This document shows positions 35,901-50,353 of a DNA stretch of 64,000 nucleotides, one piece after another (positions within the stretch are counted from its first letter, which is position 1; each line of letters begins with the position of its first letter). The translations under genes and the position numbers were made by a program. The notes beneath the pieces are model-generated. The model was not told the origin of the DNA, did not search any database, and saw only the letters and a program-made list of their open reading frames with translations. The stretch is from Paraspadella gotoi (Eukaryota > Animalia > Chaetognatha): assembly GCA_051294375.1 (NCBI GenBank), contig CM119266.1:22077875-22141874 (forward strand), in the 5' to 3' direction.

Positions 35901-38359
35901 GAAGTTACGGATAGTCATCTTCAGCCCACTTAGCGCCTTATCCATAAATAAACCACGCGGACAACTCCCGATTTGAGGGCAATTTCCCGACTTCTATTAA
36001 CGATTATGTGGCTGATAAGATTAATGAATATCAAATAACTTTCCGAGTTGATTGAATTACGGGTTTGCGATAAAAGCATATTTGAACAAAGATAATTGAT
36101 CAACCGAAAAACTAAAGCGTCGTAACTTGATGGTTTCAAGATGCGTAAAGATGTACCATTTAATTTGTAGGAAAATAATCGCTATGTAAGAAGCTGTTAC
36201 TTATGAACTGTTTTTGGAGGGATGAATAAAAAGTAAAAGAGGGTATTGCAGAAAGTATTATTAAAAACAAGGAACGCCGATGGACTAATGATGGCCCAAT
36301 AAAACTCCGCTGATAGAGTAATGATAGGCGAGCGAGAGATTTCTTCTTTTTTTTTTGGCGAGATGGAGGCAAAGATTCCATCGAAAGAGACGCAATGAAC
36401 CGGAAATGAGAAGTCGATTCCGAGGAATGAGATCCTCGTTTATGAGCCGGATGTGATGGTAGCTTTTAACCCGGATGTGATGATAGTCGGTTTTAACACG
36501 GATATCATTCGGTCGTTTATGAGTCGGAAATGATGGGGACGATCATCAAACCTCGAATATACGAGTAAAATGAGAATTGAATTTCACGCATGAAATATAC
36601 AGGAACGAGATAATGTTTTTGAGTTAAATGGATGAGATGAGTTTTCCTTAAGCAAAAAAAAACTAACAAAGCGGCGACCTCGTAAAAAAGCCCATAAATT
36701 TGTAAAATTATGAGACAACCAAGGACCCGAATGAGTAAAGTTTTAAATTTAATGAAACCAAGAATAAGTTCATGAATTCAAAATTAGCCTTAGTTTTTAT
36801 AACATTTTTTCGTTTAAAAAATACCATAAAAATTAATGAAAAAATGTTTTGAAAAAAGTGTTCGAAATTCATAAATTTAATTAAATTTAAAAAAAAGTAA
36901 AGAAAAGCACCAAACAATTAGAAGAGGCAGACTCAGAAGCAATTTATATATAACATGTAACAGTGGGAGTAACATGTAACATTTCGGCAGCCATTACAAA
37001 TGCCAATTCGCTCAGTGGAATAAGAACCAGTTATATAGCAATTAATAGTAAGCCATAAAGCCTCAGGGTCGCTGACCAGTGGCCACGCTTCATTCCATTA
37101 AGCCGAGAATCGTTCTTTCGGATTCCGTGTCGATGGGTCCGAGTCTGACTGTTGGCGAAGAAAACAGACGTGACTGTCAATACAATTGCTTATTCTGTGT
37201 TAGACTGGCCGATATCCACTAAATTATTTCTAAAGAATAATAATATTTATTTTATATTTACTAAGACATTCTCCCCGAATGAGATGTCCTTGATAAAATG
37301 TCAAAAGCACTGTAACCTTTTTAAAATCAATTACAATTACAATTAAAATTACAAGCTCATATGCATACAATTGTGTTGACATTAACTTGTAATCAATTCT
37401 ATTCCTGAATTATCACATGGTCTCATATCAAGAATTCACTCTTGTCATTAGCGGAGCAATTTATGATAATGATTACAATTATAACGATACATTTACAATC
37501 AATTACAAAATTATTTGTCAAATTTACAAATACATGCTTGTCGTCGAATTCCTCTGCAAAGAACGTTGACAACTTGTAGTTGTACGAGCGAAGAGTCGTA
37601 ATGTATAACTCAAGTATCAACAATGAGGAAATAAACTAAGGCAAAGCAAAAGCTTTCTTTCTGTCCTTTTATGAAGAGAAACTACACAAAGAGGAACAAC
37701 AATAAAAAAAGAAACTAAAACGGGTAATTTCTTTCAATGGACGCCGCGGGCATCGATACTAAAAGTATACGGCAGAGGGCGGGAGTGAAGCATTTTTGGC
37801 TCTCACCAATTTTAAGAGATTTTTATGGATATTATATTATATTATATTATATTATATTATATTATATTACCCAACGAAAAAAATAAATAAATAAAAGATG
37901 GAAGCATCGATTCGAGACGAGGCGCACGAGGCAAAAAGAGAAATTTGAAAAAAAGGGGAAGATTTTAAGTAATATTTAGTGTTAACGCAAAAATCTAAAA
38001 ATTGTCATCAAAGTCATGAATTGACAAAATAGTGAGATTAGAATAGTGCTTTATAGAGCAATTATTAAATACTATATAATTGTCCAAAAAAAAGGCGAAT
38101 TTCTAAATGATGATTGTCAAAATGGTGATTCTTCGAATTAATCGTCCTCCGTCTGTCGATTCTATAAATGACATTTTTCGGCGAAGAGGAAGAAGAAGAA
38201 AAAGAAGGAGACGAAATAAGTAAAAGACGAAGAAGAAGAAGAATCGAACGGAAGCGGAGAAAATCGAACCGGAAATGAAAGTCTGGAGTCGGAAGTGAGG
38301 CTCCTTTCGTGACAGCCTCGTGATGGACGCGACGCGGATCGGAGGAATGTCTTTGAGAC

Positions 38360-39007
<648 letters not shown>

Positions 39008-40315
39008 AGTTAAAGAGAAGGATGGGAAGGTACCTTCAGAGCCGGGAAATGATGGTCACTGGAAATAAGAGAGAAAAGAAAAAAATCGAAAACGAGGCCG
39101 GAGAAAAAGGAAAAAAAAGGTAAATAGAGAGGCGAGTGACCGTTTGAAACTGGAGAAACGATTCCGACGGCGAAAGGACGAAATGATTGGACAAAACAAC
39201 TCGATAAAAAAAAGAGAGGGAACGGACGCGCAGATGAGACAGACTGACTGAGGTTGAGGAATGGGAAGAAGAGAGAAAAGGAATGGAAATAGGAAAGTGA
39301 AACGAAAAGGAAGAGAGTAAAGGAAAGACATGGAAAGTAAAGGAAATAAAAGGAAAGGATAGGAAAAAAGGAAAGGAAAAAAAAAGAAAAGTGAAGGAAG
39401 TAAAGACATGGAATGAAAAGGAAAGGAAATGAAAAAACAGAAGAAAAGGAAAGGAAAGGAAAGAAATGGAAAGGAGATAGTAATAGGAACGGAAAGAAAA
39501 TATAAAAAAAAAAGAAGAAAAGATAGAAAAGAGCAGACGGTGAAGGCATTCTTTTCTTAGAAATTGCGAAGAATGGCATCGATATCATGAAATGGCGGAA
39601 CTCGGCGTCGCGTCCGCGGGAAGAGGGATGGGCGCCTGGGCGGGCGACGGCGAAAGAGAAGTGACAAATGGGCAACTCGGTCGGGCAGAGGGCAGAGGTG
39701 GGATGAGAGGAGGGGGGCGGAGGAAACAAGGTCTCATGGTGGGCGAAGAGACAAGGACACAAAGGGCGACTCTGAGAAGAAGTGCAAAGAAGAGTGGGAG
39801 GGACGGCCTTACCGTCGTACGGTCGTTGTCCGTACGGCTTCTCGACCGGGAAAACACTCGGGCGTCCGCGTAAACAAGCCACGCGTCGTCGCGGTCGTCA
39901 AGGTCGGGGAAAAACTAGGGCGGGAAAATCTCTCTCGGGAGGCGAGGGCGTCAGATTTCCTGGTTGACTGTGCCGCACCTTGACAACTGGGGAGTTGGGG
40001 GGGTTGGGGAGGAAGATATGGTTTAGATGGGGGGGAAGGGAGAAACAGCCCTTCCCGACACTTGGCGGTGCTCAATTAAATATTAAAATCCGGGGAAAAA
40101 AACAACGAAACTCCAATGTCACCGAATGACCTCGATCCGCGTTCTCGCCATCGCGGCGCCCACGCTAACGGCGCGCCCACGTGGTCATTGTCCACGACAC
40201 CCACGCGACTTCCGCACTCACCCACTCCTTCCTTCTTATGACGGCTCTTCGTCATTCGTGGACATTTTTTTTTTTTCTCTTTTTTTTCTTTGCCGGGAGA
40301 AGTCGATTAATTTGC

Positions 40316-40391
<76 letters not shown>

Positions 40392-40848
40392 AAGAGAAGA
40401 GAAGAGAAGAGAAGATGGAAATTTCGATTAAAGGAAAAAATGAGTTGGTGGAGCACCAAATTTATCTTGAAGCCATAAATAGATTTATCTTGGCGCAAGA
40501 GCCGTGATGTGCTTTAAAATAAAACCTAAGTTTTAGCGGCTCTATTTTGAACGTACAAATATAGTTTAATACACGTACTATCATTCATGCGTTGTTAATA
40601 CGTGAGAAAAGAGTTACGATTCCCCTTACATGAGCTTTTATAACGCTTTTTTTTTTTATTACGATGCGATTTTGAGACTTCGTTATTAATTTGCGCCGAC
40701 GACGACGACGACGATGACAACAAAAAAACAAATTAATTCTTTAATAAGATCAGCTCCTTGTATTTCGATGCTAGGGCAGAGTGCAATATATGTAAAGGAC
40801 AGGTCCCTTTATACAACCGAAACATTCTTTGAAACATTATACTACTAC

Positions 40849-40930
40849 ATTGATAGCAAAGCCAGGTAGTCTGGGAGTGAATAAACTAGTCTGTGAGAGA
40901 GTCTTGATTGAAAATTTGCTTGGTTCTACT
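40849..40930 (+). repeat. Interspersed repeat fragment with a diverged inverted copy at ~52075-52160
   Basis: TCTGGGAGTGAATAAACTAGTCTGTGAGAGAGTCTTGATTG..CTATGTTATTATCTTGTAAG aligns with the reverse complement of CTTACAAGATAATAACATAG..CAATCACGACCCTCTAACAGTCCAGCTTAGTTACTCCCAGA. Confidence 0.65.
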
Positions 40931-41024
40931 ATGTTATTATCTTGTAAGGGGGATGGAGGACTACCGACCTACCATAACCTGTCCAAATTCATTTGTAAGA
41001 TAGCTAATTTTTTTGCGTTGCGTT

Positions 41025-41400
41025 GCGTCATCGTTCGTCGGTTCATCGCGTTCATCGTTCATCGGTTCATCGCGTTCATCGGTTCATCGGTTCATCGCGT
41101 TCATCGCGCTCATCGTCCGTCGGTTCTTAGCGTTCATCGCGTCATCGTTCGTCGGTTCATCGCGTCATCGTTCGTCGGTTCATCGCGTCATCGTTCGTCG
41201 GTTCATCGCGTCATCGTTCGTCGGTTCATCGCGTCATCTTTCGTCGGTTCATCGCGTTCATCGCGTTCATCGCGTCATCGTTTGTCGGTTCATCGCGTTC
41301 ATCGTTCGTCGGTTCATCGCGTCATCGTTTGTCGGTTCATCGCGTTCATCGCGTCATCGTTCGTCGATTCATCGCGTTCATCGTCCGTCGGTTCATCGCC
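41025..41400. repeat. CpG-rich minisatellite built from TTCATCGCG / TCATCGTTCGTCGG subunits
   Basis: Direct tandem periodicity (~24-bp unit with 9-bp sub-repeats). Confidence 0.9.
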
Positions 41401-42248
41401 CGCAGCTCGCGTCACAAAAAGAAATGAGATGAAATTGAATTCTGAGACAAAAGACCAGGAGCGTTGATTCACCGTCACTTCGCCACCTGTCGCCAAACGA
41501 GATGAGACAAATCGCTTTCCGTTTTCTCAGAGTCTCAAACAACAACGATCACAACAACAACAACGACATCAAAAAACCGTGCTTCCATGATTCCTCGCGA
41601 CGGATGAACCGATATTTATAAGACGACGACGACGACGACGACGATCTCGATGAAGCACTAAACAACAGGACCTCATTAACTTTGCAAGGCGTCTCTCTTG
41701 AAAATGGAAGCGACGCCGATGGCGAGAATCTTCCGCTCGATTCGCTTCCACGTCGATGGCGCTGAATGAGAAAGCGTCGTGGCCGAGGAAAAAGTAAACA
41801 AGAGAGCAACGGTTAAAAACATTAACGAAATTAAACAAAGTTGGGAAAAATTTAGAAATCTTGATTTTAAACAGGAAACGATTTTAAAAGAAGCAAGGAA
41901 ATCGAAAAACAGAAAACTACTAATGTAATGAAAATCTAAATATAGGCAAGCCCCACGTAAAAGCGAGTCAGATTGTAAATGGAAATCGTTTACCGGAAAT
42001 ATTAAAAAAAAACAAAAACATTTTTTGTCTTCGTCGATATAATTATCGTCGTGCATGACGTAATGGGTTCAAGTAGAAATAAAAAGTCAGATAAAATGAG
42101 AAAACTGAGTTGAAATTATAAAGATGAAAAAATTGCACATAATCTGAGAAAAAAATTTAAATCGATTGAATTTCGGGAAATAAACGTGGACTTTGATTAT
42201 AAAATAGCTTTTTAATACGATGGATACCAAAACAAATTCGCGGAAATA

Positions 42249-42258
42249 NNNNNNNNNN
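42249..42258. other. Assembly gap (10 N)
   Basis: Run of N. Confidence 1.
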
Positions 42259-42595
42259 TTCTCGCTCGCTATCACTCTCTCTATCTCTCTCTCCTCCCTC
42301 AAGCTGACAATCTTATCTTGTTGAGTGGGATGTCGTTGACAGGAGGGAGCATCGTTCAATTTTCTCAGTCATTGACTGAAGTTCTTTTCAATTCTATAAG
42401 CCTAAAGAATGTTCACTCACTCAATTACTAACCGTATCAATCAATCAATCACTCACTTGTTCTTTCTCCATTCTCCCCGCTTGTCTCCTTTTCTTTTTCA
42501 GCAAAGATATATGGAAGAAAAAAGAGAATGACAGACTCTCGCTTTAATTTACTCCAGCTTGGTCTCCTGTTCTTTTTTTTTCTTTTATTCCCATT

Positions 42596-42660
<65 letters not shown>

Positions 42661-42839
42661 ATTCCTTTTTTCTTTTCCAACGTCTTCATTTTTCTTTCCT
42701 TCCTTTTCTTTTGATTTTTCTCCACTTCCTCTTCCGATTCTAGAGACGTGGCTTATCTCGCGTCATTTGCTCCAATGGCGTTCTTTCTCGCCGCCTTGGG
42801 CTCATCTTTCTCTCTCTCCCACCCCTTTCTCTCTCTCTC

Positions 42840-42917
<78 letters not shown>

Positions 42918-45455
42918 AACTCTCTCAAGCCCAACCTCCCCAATTTCCTTTTCTCTTTTCTTGTTTCTGTGTTATCTTCCTCTTCATCTTTGGCTAAGTA
43001 TTCCGTAATTATTTTCTAATGAGTCTGTCACGTGCCGCGGGAGATCTTAAGAATTGCAGATTGGTTAAACTTAAATATCGAGCCACCGCTTTCCTAAATA
43101 AAAATTTTAAAAACAAACATCTAAATAAACTTTTTAACAAATTTCAAAAACCAATTTCTTCCCTTGACGTTTCATAGAATAAATAGACTAAATAGAATAG
43201 GAGTATTTCAACAAAACGGTTACATAAAGCTAATGTCTTCCTAACCTAAGAGACCCCCGAAGCTGCCAGTCAACAAGAACGAGCAAAATTCACAACTACA
43301 AAGAACATTCAAGAAAAGTCATTTCAAACTTAAGCAAATCAATCAGCTTCGAAAAAACTTTTCAAGAGAACTCAAGGAGCTTCTTCCCTTTTCATCTCCG
43401 GCTTCTTCAAACGTCTCGCCCGCGCAATCAATCTTTTCTTACCATCGTCCCACCCACCCACCCCAAACTCTCCGCCACACCCCTCGATCCGGAGTGGAAT
43501 TAATTCTGTCCTTGAATCTTCGAGTCGAACAACGAAAGAGAAAATTCCAAAGTTGCCTTTTGCAGTCGCCCCCGAATTAAACCCGATTAGCGGCCGTGTT
43601 TTGGAGGTGGGGGGTGGACTGATCCGGCGACCCTGTGGGGATGGGGGTTGGGGGATTTGGGGAAGAGAGGATAGAATCTGTGAACGCGAGACTTGTGGGT
43701 GGGATGGGAAGAAAGGTGGGGAAAAATAAGGGGGGAACAATAGACTGGATTTAACATGATGGATTGTGGATTATTTTTGCCATTTTCCCAAAACATAAAC
43801 AAGAACCCTAAAAAACGCCTTTTCTTAAAAAAAAAACAAAACAAAAAAAAACCGTTTGTCGATTTTTTCTTTCGCTTGCGACTTTTACTATTCGTGGCTT
43901 GAAATATAATCCAACCGCGGGCCAAGGTTGATTTTTTTTCCCTGTTTTTTACCCCTTTTCATTCTTTCCTGACTTTCTGTCCACATATTTTTTTTTACCT
44001 ATTCCTACTTTAACCTCGGGAGATTAAGGAACATGGAATAATTATTTTGGTTAATCATAAAAAAACCATTTGGAATTGAACGAACAATTTACACGTACAT
44101 ACAAGAAGCCGAATGAACCAATAAAATAAGGAGAATCGCGATCGACTAAAAAGCGGCTCATCGAGTCGACGCACCTGAGTCGCTTAAAAAAGAACGAAAA
44201 AAAAAAAGAAAAAAAAAGAGACGGAAAATAAAAAGAAAGAAAAATAAGGAAAAAAGAAAGATAGTAAAGAAAAGAGTAACAAAGAGAAAGTAACACGAAC
44301 GAAAACAAATCGAAAGAACACGTTGGGGAGGTGAACCGATTCAACTCTTAGAAACAAACTTCTTTTTTTTTTCTCTTCACAATTATTTTTACTCGTCGCG
44401 AGTTCTCTGTATGATTTAGTAATTTTTTAAATCGTCTCGGTCACGTCGATAAGAGTGAAACCCTTTTACGTCCTAAAGAACTAATTTTTGAAAACTAATA
44501 TTGCACGAGAGGTTTCTTATCATATTCCTTTAGTAGATTTAAAAGCATAAATATTATTGCGTTTTGTATGAAGAAACTCGAATGAATCGTATCGTAATAA
44601 AATGTTCAATCTATAAAAATTCAGAACTAAAGACAATTTTTCTATCATTATCATGAATTTATATGAAAACTCTTTCAAATGTAAAAATCTCCATAAACTA
44701 TTCTACCGTCATTTTCGCATCGTATTGTGGCTTTCATAAAGACCATGAATCACTGATAAGCAACGTTTTTAAAAAAATTTTAAAAATTTAAAAAAACAAA
44801 CAAAAAAACAAAACAAACAAGAACGGTAATTCAAATGTGTTGCGCCGCAGTAACTGCCTTATCATGTGTATTTCCGGTTGATCATGCAACTTCCAATAAC
44901 CAGTCAACACGCGCTGCATCGCGTTTTACGTCTTTTATTATTTATATGATTTTTTTAAAAAACCAAAGGTAGTGCTAGTAGTCGCTTAGATTCGAGGTTT
45001 TCAGAAAAAATGACAAAAGAGCAACGAAGTGAACGAGAAATATACATTTTAAACGTAAGTGGGAGAGACCGACCAACAGACCGACCCCCAAGCGTCTCAT
45101 AGAGTTGCTCCGCCGAGTACTCGCGGCGTAACTAAAAAGTCGACGTTATTAGTAGCGTTGGAAGGCGGGAGACGAAAACGACGACGACGAAAACGACGAT
45201 GAGATGACGGCCACCAACTTTTCCTCATCCATTATTCTTCTTTTCATTTCCTTTTCTCTCCTGTTTTCTTTTTTTTTTCTTCTTTTTTTAATTTTTTCTG
45301 CTTGGAAGTTTCCTTAGTTACTCTCTCCCTGGTTTTCCTCCCATGTTTGAGAAATTCGGTCGCTTTCACCAAAATTCCTGAGTCAAGGTTTTTTTTTTCT
45401 TTCTAGTTTTCGGTACTTTTTTGTGCTCTCTCTCTCTCTCGCTCTCTCTCTCTTC

Positions 45456-45502
<47 letters not shown>

Positions 45503-48419
45503 TTTCTTTGGTTCTCTTAATTTTCTCCACCGAGTTTATTAAATCTTCCAAATCAGTCTCTTGCACCTGCGCTTCCTTGGTTTTCCGCCTCAATATGGTC
45601 GTTTTTATTGCAGAGGGAAGTTTATCGGTTTGGCGAATAATAAAATTCTTTCTTTCTTTCCCTTTTCTTCTTCCCTCTTTCTATCTACCCTCGTTATTTT
45701 TTCCGGTGGCGATTTCTATCTTTGTTCTCCCACTTATATTTCTTCTTGGCCTCTCAGTCAAAATGCAACCTGGCTGCCTTCCTCGGTGTCGCCTTTCTGC
45801 AGAGACATAATTTTGTTGCTCCTCGCGCCTTCGACGGGATTCGATTTCGAGTGATCGGCGCTGCTAAGTTACTCCAGCCGCTGCCGGCGCCGTCGTCGCC
45901 GCCGCCGCCGTCGCCGCCGCAGCCGCCGCCACCGCGATCAGGTTGAATCAGTCGACGCAGCGAGAGCTCGGAGGTCAGATTGCTGTTTAATTTAGTATTT
46001 TCCTTTTCTTTTGACTCTGCTTCTCATCGGGAGACCCTTGTTCCTTCAGGCGTACTGAAGATATAAAAAATCACTTAGAATCAAAATTCTAATAGTGGAT
46101 TTTTATATGAACAAAACCTATTTTTTATTTTTCAATTTTGGCATTGGCTCATATTTACGTATAAAATTTATAAAATTTCAAAATGAGCAATTTTGAAATC
46201 CTAATGAAAAGTTGAAAACATTCTAAAAACCTGATAGATTTCCCTATTATTTTATCTTAGTATAAAAAATACGGAGAGCTTTTTTAACCTTTAGCGACGT
46301 ACCTTAATGAAATATTTTTTTTGTACAAGACTGTTCATTGTTGAAGATCATTGTTCAACATCCAGTATTTGAATTTTCCTTTGCGAATCCACTACGACCA
46401 TCTCATTTTACGTAATTTCTCTCGTTTTATTCTTTCTTTCTTTCCTCAGTCTGCCTACTCCTATTTTACTTTCGAGTCCATATTCTATGCATATTATCCG
46501 CCAAAGGCTTTTCTTCTTTATCGAATTCTACGAGAACCTCTATTTTATTATCCTCCTCCTCCTCCTTCTCCTCCTCTTCCTCCTTCAAATTTCCGGTCCG
46601 TAGATTTCATTTCAATTTTGTTTCGAGTGCGACTCCCGAAGCGAGTTCGTTGCCCTTTCCTCCTTCACCGGGACCCACTCTCACCCCCTCCCTTAAATCA
46701 CTCATCCGACGCCACCTCACCTTTTTTGGGTCCACCCTACCACCCCTAGACTCAGCGCCCTCTACCATTTCAACCCCGCCTCGTTTTTCATGATTTCGCT
46801 CGAGCGCGGATCTATGATTTGCATCGCCCCTTCCTCAGATTATTCTCTTTAATCCTTATGAAATGAACGGGGGGGGGGAGTGGTGATTCCATGCACCCCT
46901 CTTACCCGAACACTGCTACCACCGCTGAATGGTTATACTACCCCCGGAGAGCTCCCCCCGTTAATGCTGCGGAGATTAACACAAATTTTTCGAAATTACA
47001 CGAAAAAACAAATTTATTAAGAAAAATTGAAAAAACGCCGTTCGTCACGGCCTGTGTATAAAGTTTAGTAATTTAAGAAATAAAATCATTGTTAATTGAA
47101 TATTGTACAAAAAGAGAGAAAAAGAGAGAAATAAAGAAAGAAAAAGAGAGAGAGGTAGTGCATTTAGGGGAGAGATATAATCCCCGGAACTTTTTAGTCC
47201 GGTCAGATCCTTCCTCCAGGTCGGACTTTTTCCAGTCTCTCTCTCTCTCTCTCTTAATTTCCTTTTGGAGCGACATAAACAATATCAATTTATAAATTAT
47301 TTTTTATTACATCATGAAACAAAAGTGTAGATGTATGTAGAATACTTGTTATTCGAGAAACCTACGTCGCGAGAAGGCGATGTTCGATACACGTGTAACG
47401 AGAGACATTAAAGATCCTTTTCTCGTATTCGCGATCAAATTTCAATTAGATGAAAAGAAAACTCAATGGATCGAATCTCTCTTAGCTTAGGTTTCACTAT
47501 TGAACTAACTTACAAGTTAAAAGCTAAAAAAAGAGTTGTTAATGTCATGTCGGGTCGCGGCCAATTGTGTTAGTATCTATTTAAATATAAATACTTGTAG
47601 GAAAATCAATAACAAACTAACAAGTACAAAGGTTTATCGTTCTCCCGTTCCCATTTTTTTTCATTAGCTTATCCCGCAGTTCGACCGTGATTATTCTCGT
47701 CTGCGTGAAAATTATCACCGATCAACCGTGAAACGTTTGGAATTCCGCTCGAATGAACCTCCTCAGTCCACGTCGACTTTTTTTCCTCACTTTTTCCTCC
47801 TTCATCTCCTTTTTTTTTCTTTTCTCTCCCATCCATTTTTATGCTCGGCTTATCTTCTTCCTACGTCTCACTCTTTTGCCCGTGGTCACTGGTCATCCTC
47901 AATCTTGGATCTTCACTTCATTCTTTCTTCCTTTCCTAATCCTTTCTTTTTTTCGTCTGCTATCTTTTCGACTTTCGATTTTCACCTTACCCCGATCTCC
48001 TCTACCTCTTTCTCTTCTACCTCTTCATTTCGGATTAGTCTTTTTTCTTAAGAACGATGACCATTTTTTTAAGTAACAAACTCTGCGCTGATATCATGAT
48101 ACTAATGCCTCGGCTCCTCCACCCCTGTAGCCATTTCCTTCTCCTCCACCCCCTTCCCCGCGTTCCCCCATCCCAGAGGAGAGGGGATCATCTGATCCAT
48201 TAATCTTTCTCTTACTATCTTTATTCCTTTGATTCCATTTTTCTCTTTCTCTGTTTCTTTCCTTTTTGTTAGCGGTTTCCACGGCCACTCGAAGAGTCGG
48301 TCAGCACACATTGGTCTATCTGTTTTTCGACAGTCAATTGGCAAGAAATGTTCTTTTGTTCGAAACGAATTAATGAGAGAGAAATCGAAGAAAAAAATCT
48401 TAAAAGCATAAGGATCAAG

Positions 48420-48495
48420 CCATGATAAGTCATTCATTGATGCGATGATAGTCATTCATTCATCGTAAATAAAACAAACAAATGCGTGTATGAGT

Positions 48496-48536
<41 letters not shown>

Positions 48537-48692
48537 GGACAGTTTTCCCGCCAACGAAACGCAATCAGAATTTTTAGGAGAAAAAATCCACGAAAATCTC
48601 GGATGTAAATTTGGAATTTTGTATTGAGAAAAAAGCGCGGAATAAATGAGCGATGCAGATAAATAAGTTTTTTAGAAGGAAAAAAAAAAAAA

Positions 48693-48756
<64 letters not shown>

Positions 48757-50353
48757 AGCTGGACAGCCGCTGGACCGTCGCTGGACCGCCGCTGCAGAGC
48801 TGAACTCATTTTCCGACGAATTTGAGTAGGGACGAACTCTTTTCCTTTATATAAAAAAATATTACAAAATAAATATTTGGGTATAGAGCCATATAAGAAA
48901 TTTTTTGTACATTGAAAGTAACTTAAATGCATAAATTTTCGTTTGAGCATGTTCCCATACTAAATTTTGATTCACCCCATTGAGAGGGCTCCCCTATTCA
49001 GAAAGAAAAAAAACTTGATAAAGCTAAACTCGTTTCAATAATAATGATCCAAAAATTATAATAACTATTAACAAAATATATAGTTGAAAATACTCAGTTA
49101 ACGACTATGATATTTTTGACTTCCAAATATTTTTTTTTCCTCATTTTAAAAAATTTTAATCTTGAATGAAATTTTTGATTGTTCTTTTTTTAGGAAGAAA
49201 CCAGACCGAGGTCAAATTTTATATTTGCATATTTAATTAATTTATAAATAGTTATCACAACTCAAATAATTATTATTTAAAAAAAAGATAAAAATGGTTA
49301 AATATATACACTAAAAATATTTATAATTTAATAATAGTATAAATTATCAGAATAACAAAAAAAAGTAATGTTTAATTTGACTATATTTCTCTTATCAACT
49401 CCTATTTTAGATATAATTTGCCAATAGTGGGCCAACCGGTTCAAAGTTACAAAATAATAAATAAATAAATTTTTTTTTGCATATTGTTCGGCGAAAGTGC
49501 TGCATATATAATAAGTCACATTAGCTGATTTACATGTGACAATGCATGTCAATATAAGTATTCTTCACTTTTTTTAAATGTATCCACGAAAATCTCGGAT
49601 GTAAATTTGGGATTTTGTATTGAGAAAAAAGCCCGGAATAAAAGTTTTTAGAAAAAAAAAACATAATCATAATTTTTCAAAAAAAGAACGATCACACAAG
49701 GGATCGTAAAGAGAGAAGAGACAGAAAGAGAAAGAGAGAGAGACAAAGCTGGACAGCTGCCTGAAGGCCGCTGTACAGTCAGTGCAGAAACTGAACTCGT
49801 TTTTCTGAAATAAAAGAATAAAAGAAATAAAAGAAATAAAAGAAAGGCAAAAAATGTTACAATGGTTTACAATAGGAAATTTTTCCAATTTTTTCCAATC
49901 GCAGCTTGTAAAAGATTTTATTTTTATTTGTATTAAAATTAAGATATAGCTTCTCATTAAAAAGTTATTTTGAGTTCCCATTTTTATTAGAGATTTAAAA
50001 AAAATTTTTGAATTTCATCTTCAATTATTATATACTGCAATATGTAAATTAGATTAAAGCATTTCTATATACTATTTGGATATGATAATGAGTACTATAA
50101 TCTCATTTGCATATTGCAGTAAATCATAATGAAGTGGAAATTCAAACAAAAAATACTTAAATCCAAATGTAATAAGAAAATATCAAAGCTATTTCAAGAT
50201 GAGAAGCCATATCTAAATTTTTAACATTACTATGAATGCACACTTTTTGTAAAACTTTATCATAATTCATAATAATTTTTATTTTAAAAAAAACGGTAAG
50301 TCACAGCCAAACCTATAAAAGCGTAGTAGTTTTTATTTAAAAACAGCGTGACG
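48420..50353. mobile_element. Composite repeat copies C and D (one interrupted element or two adjacent copies)
   Basis: 48420-48830 shares GTCATTCATTGATGCGATGATA, AAACAAATGCGTGTATGAG(AG)n and CAGCCGCTG..CTGAACTC with copy B. 48587-48645 is duplicated at ~49582-49641. ~49930-50250 is a degenerate copy of the 11471-11790 palindrome. Ends GTAGTAGTTTTTAT..AGCGTGACG. Confidence 0.65.

Noticed and set aside
45770-45985. GCC-rich patch resembling a poly-Ala or poly-Gly exon (also exon-like patches at 39812-39960 and 51270-51430)
   Set aside because: No recognisable domain and no consistent partner exons; may be UTR or regulatory sequence.
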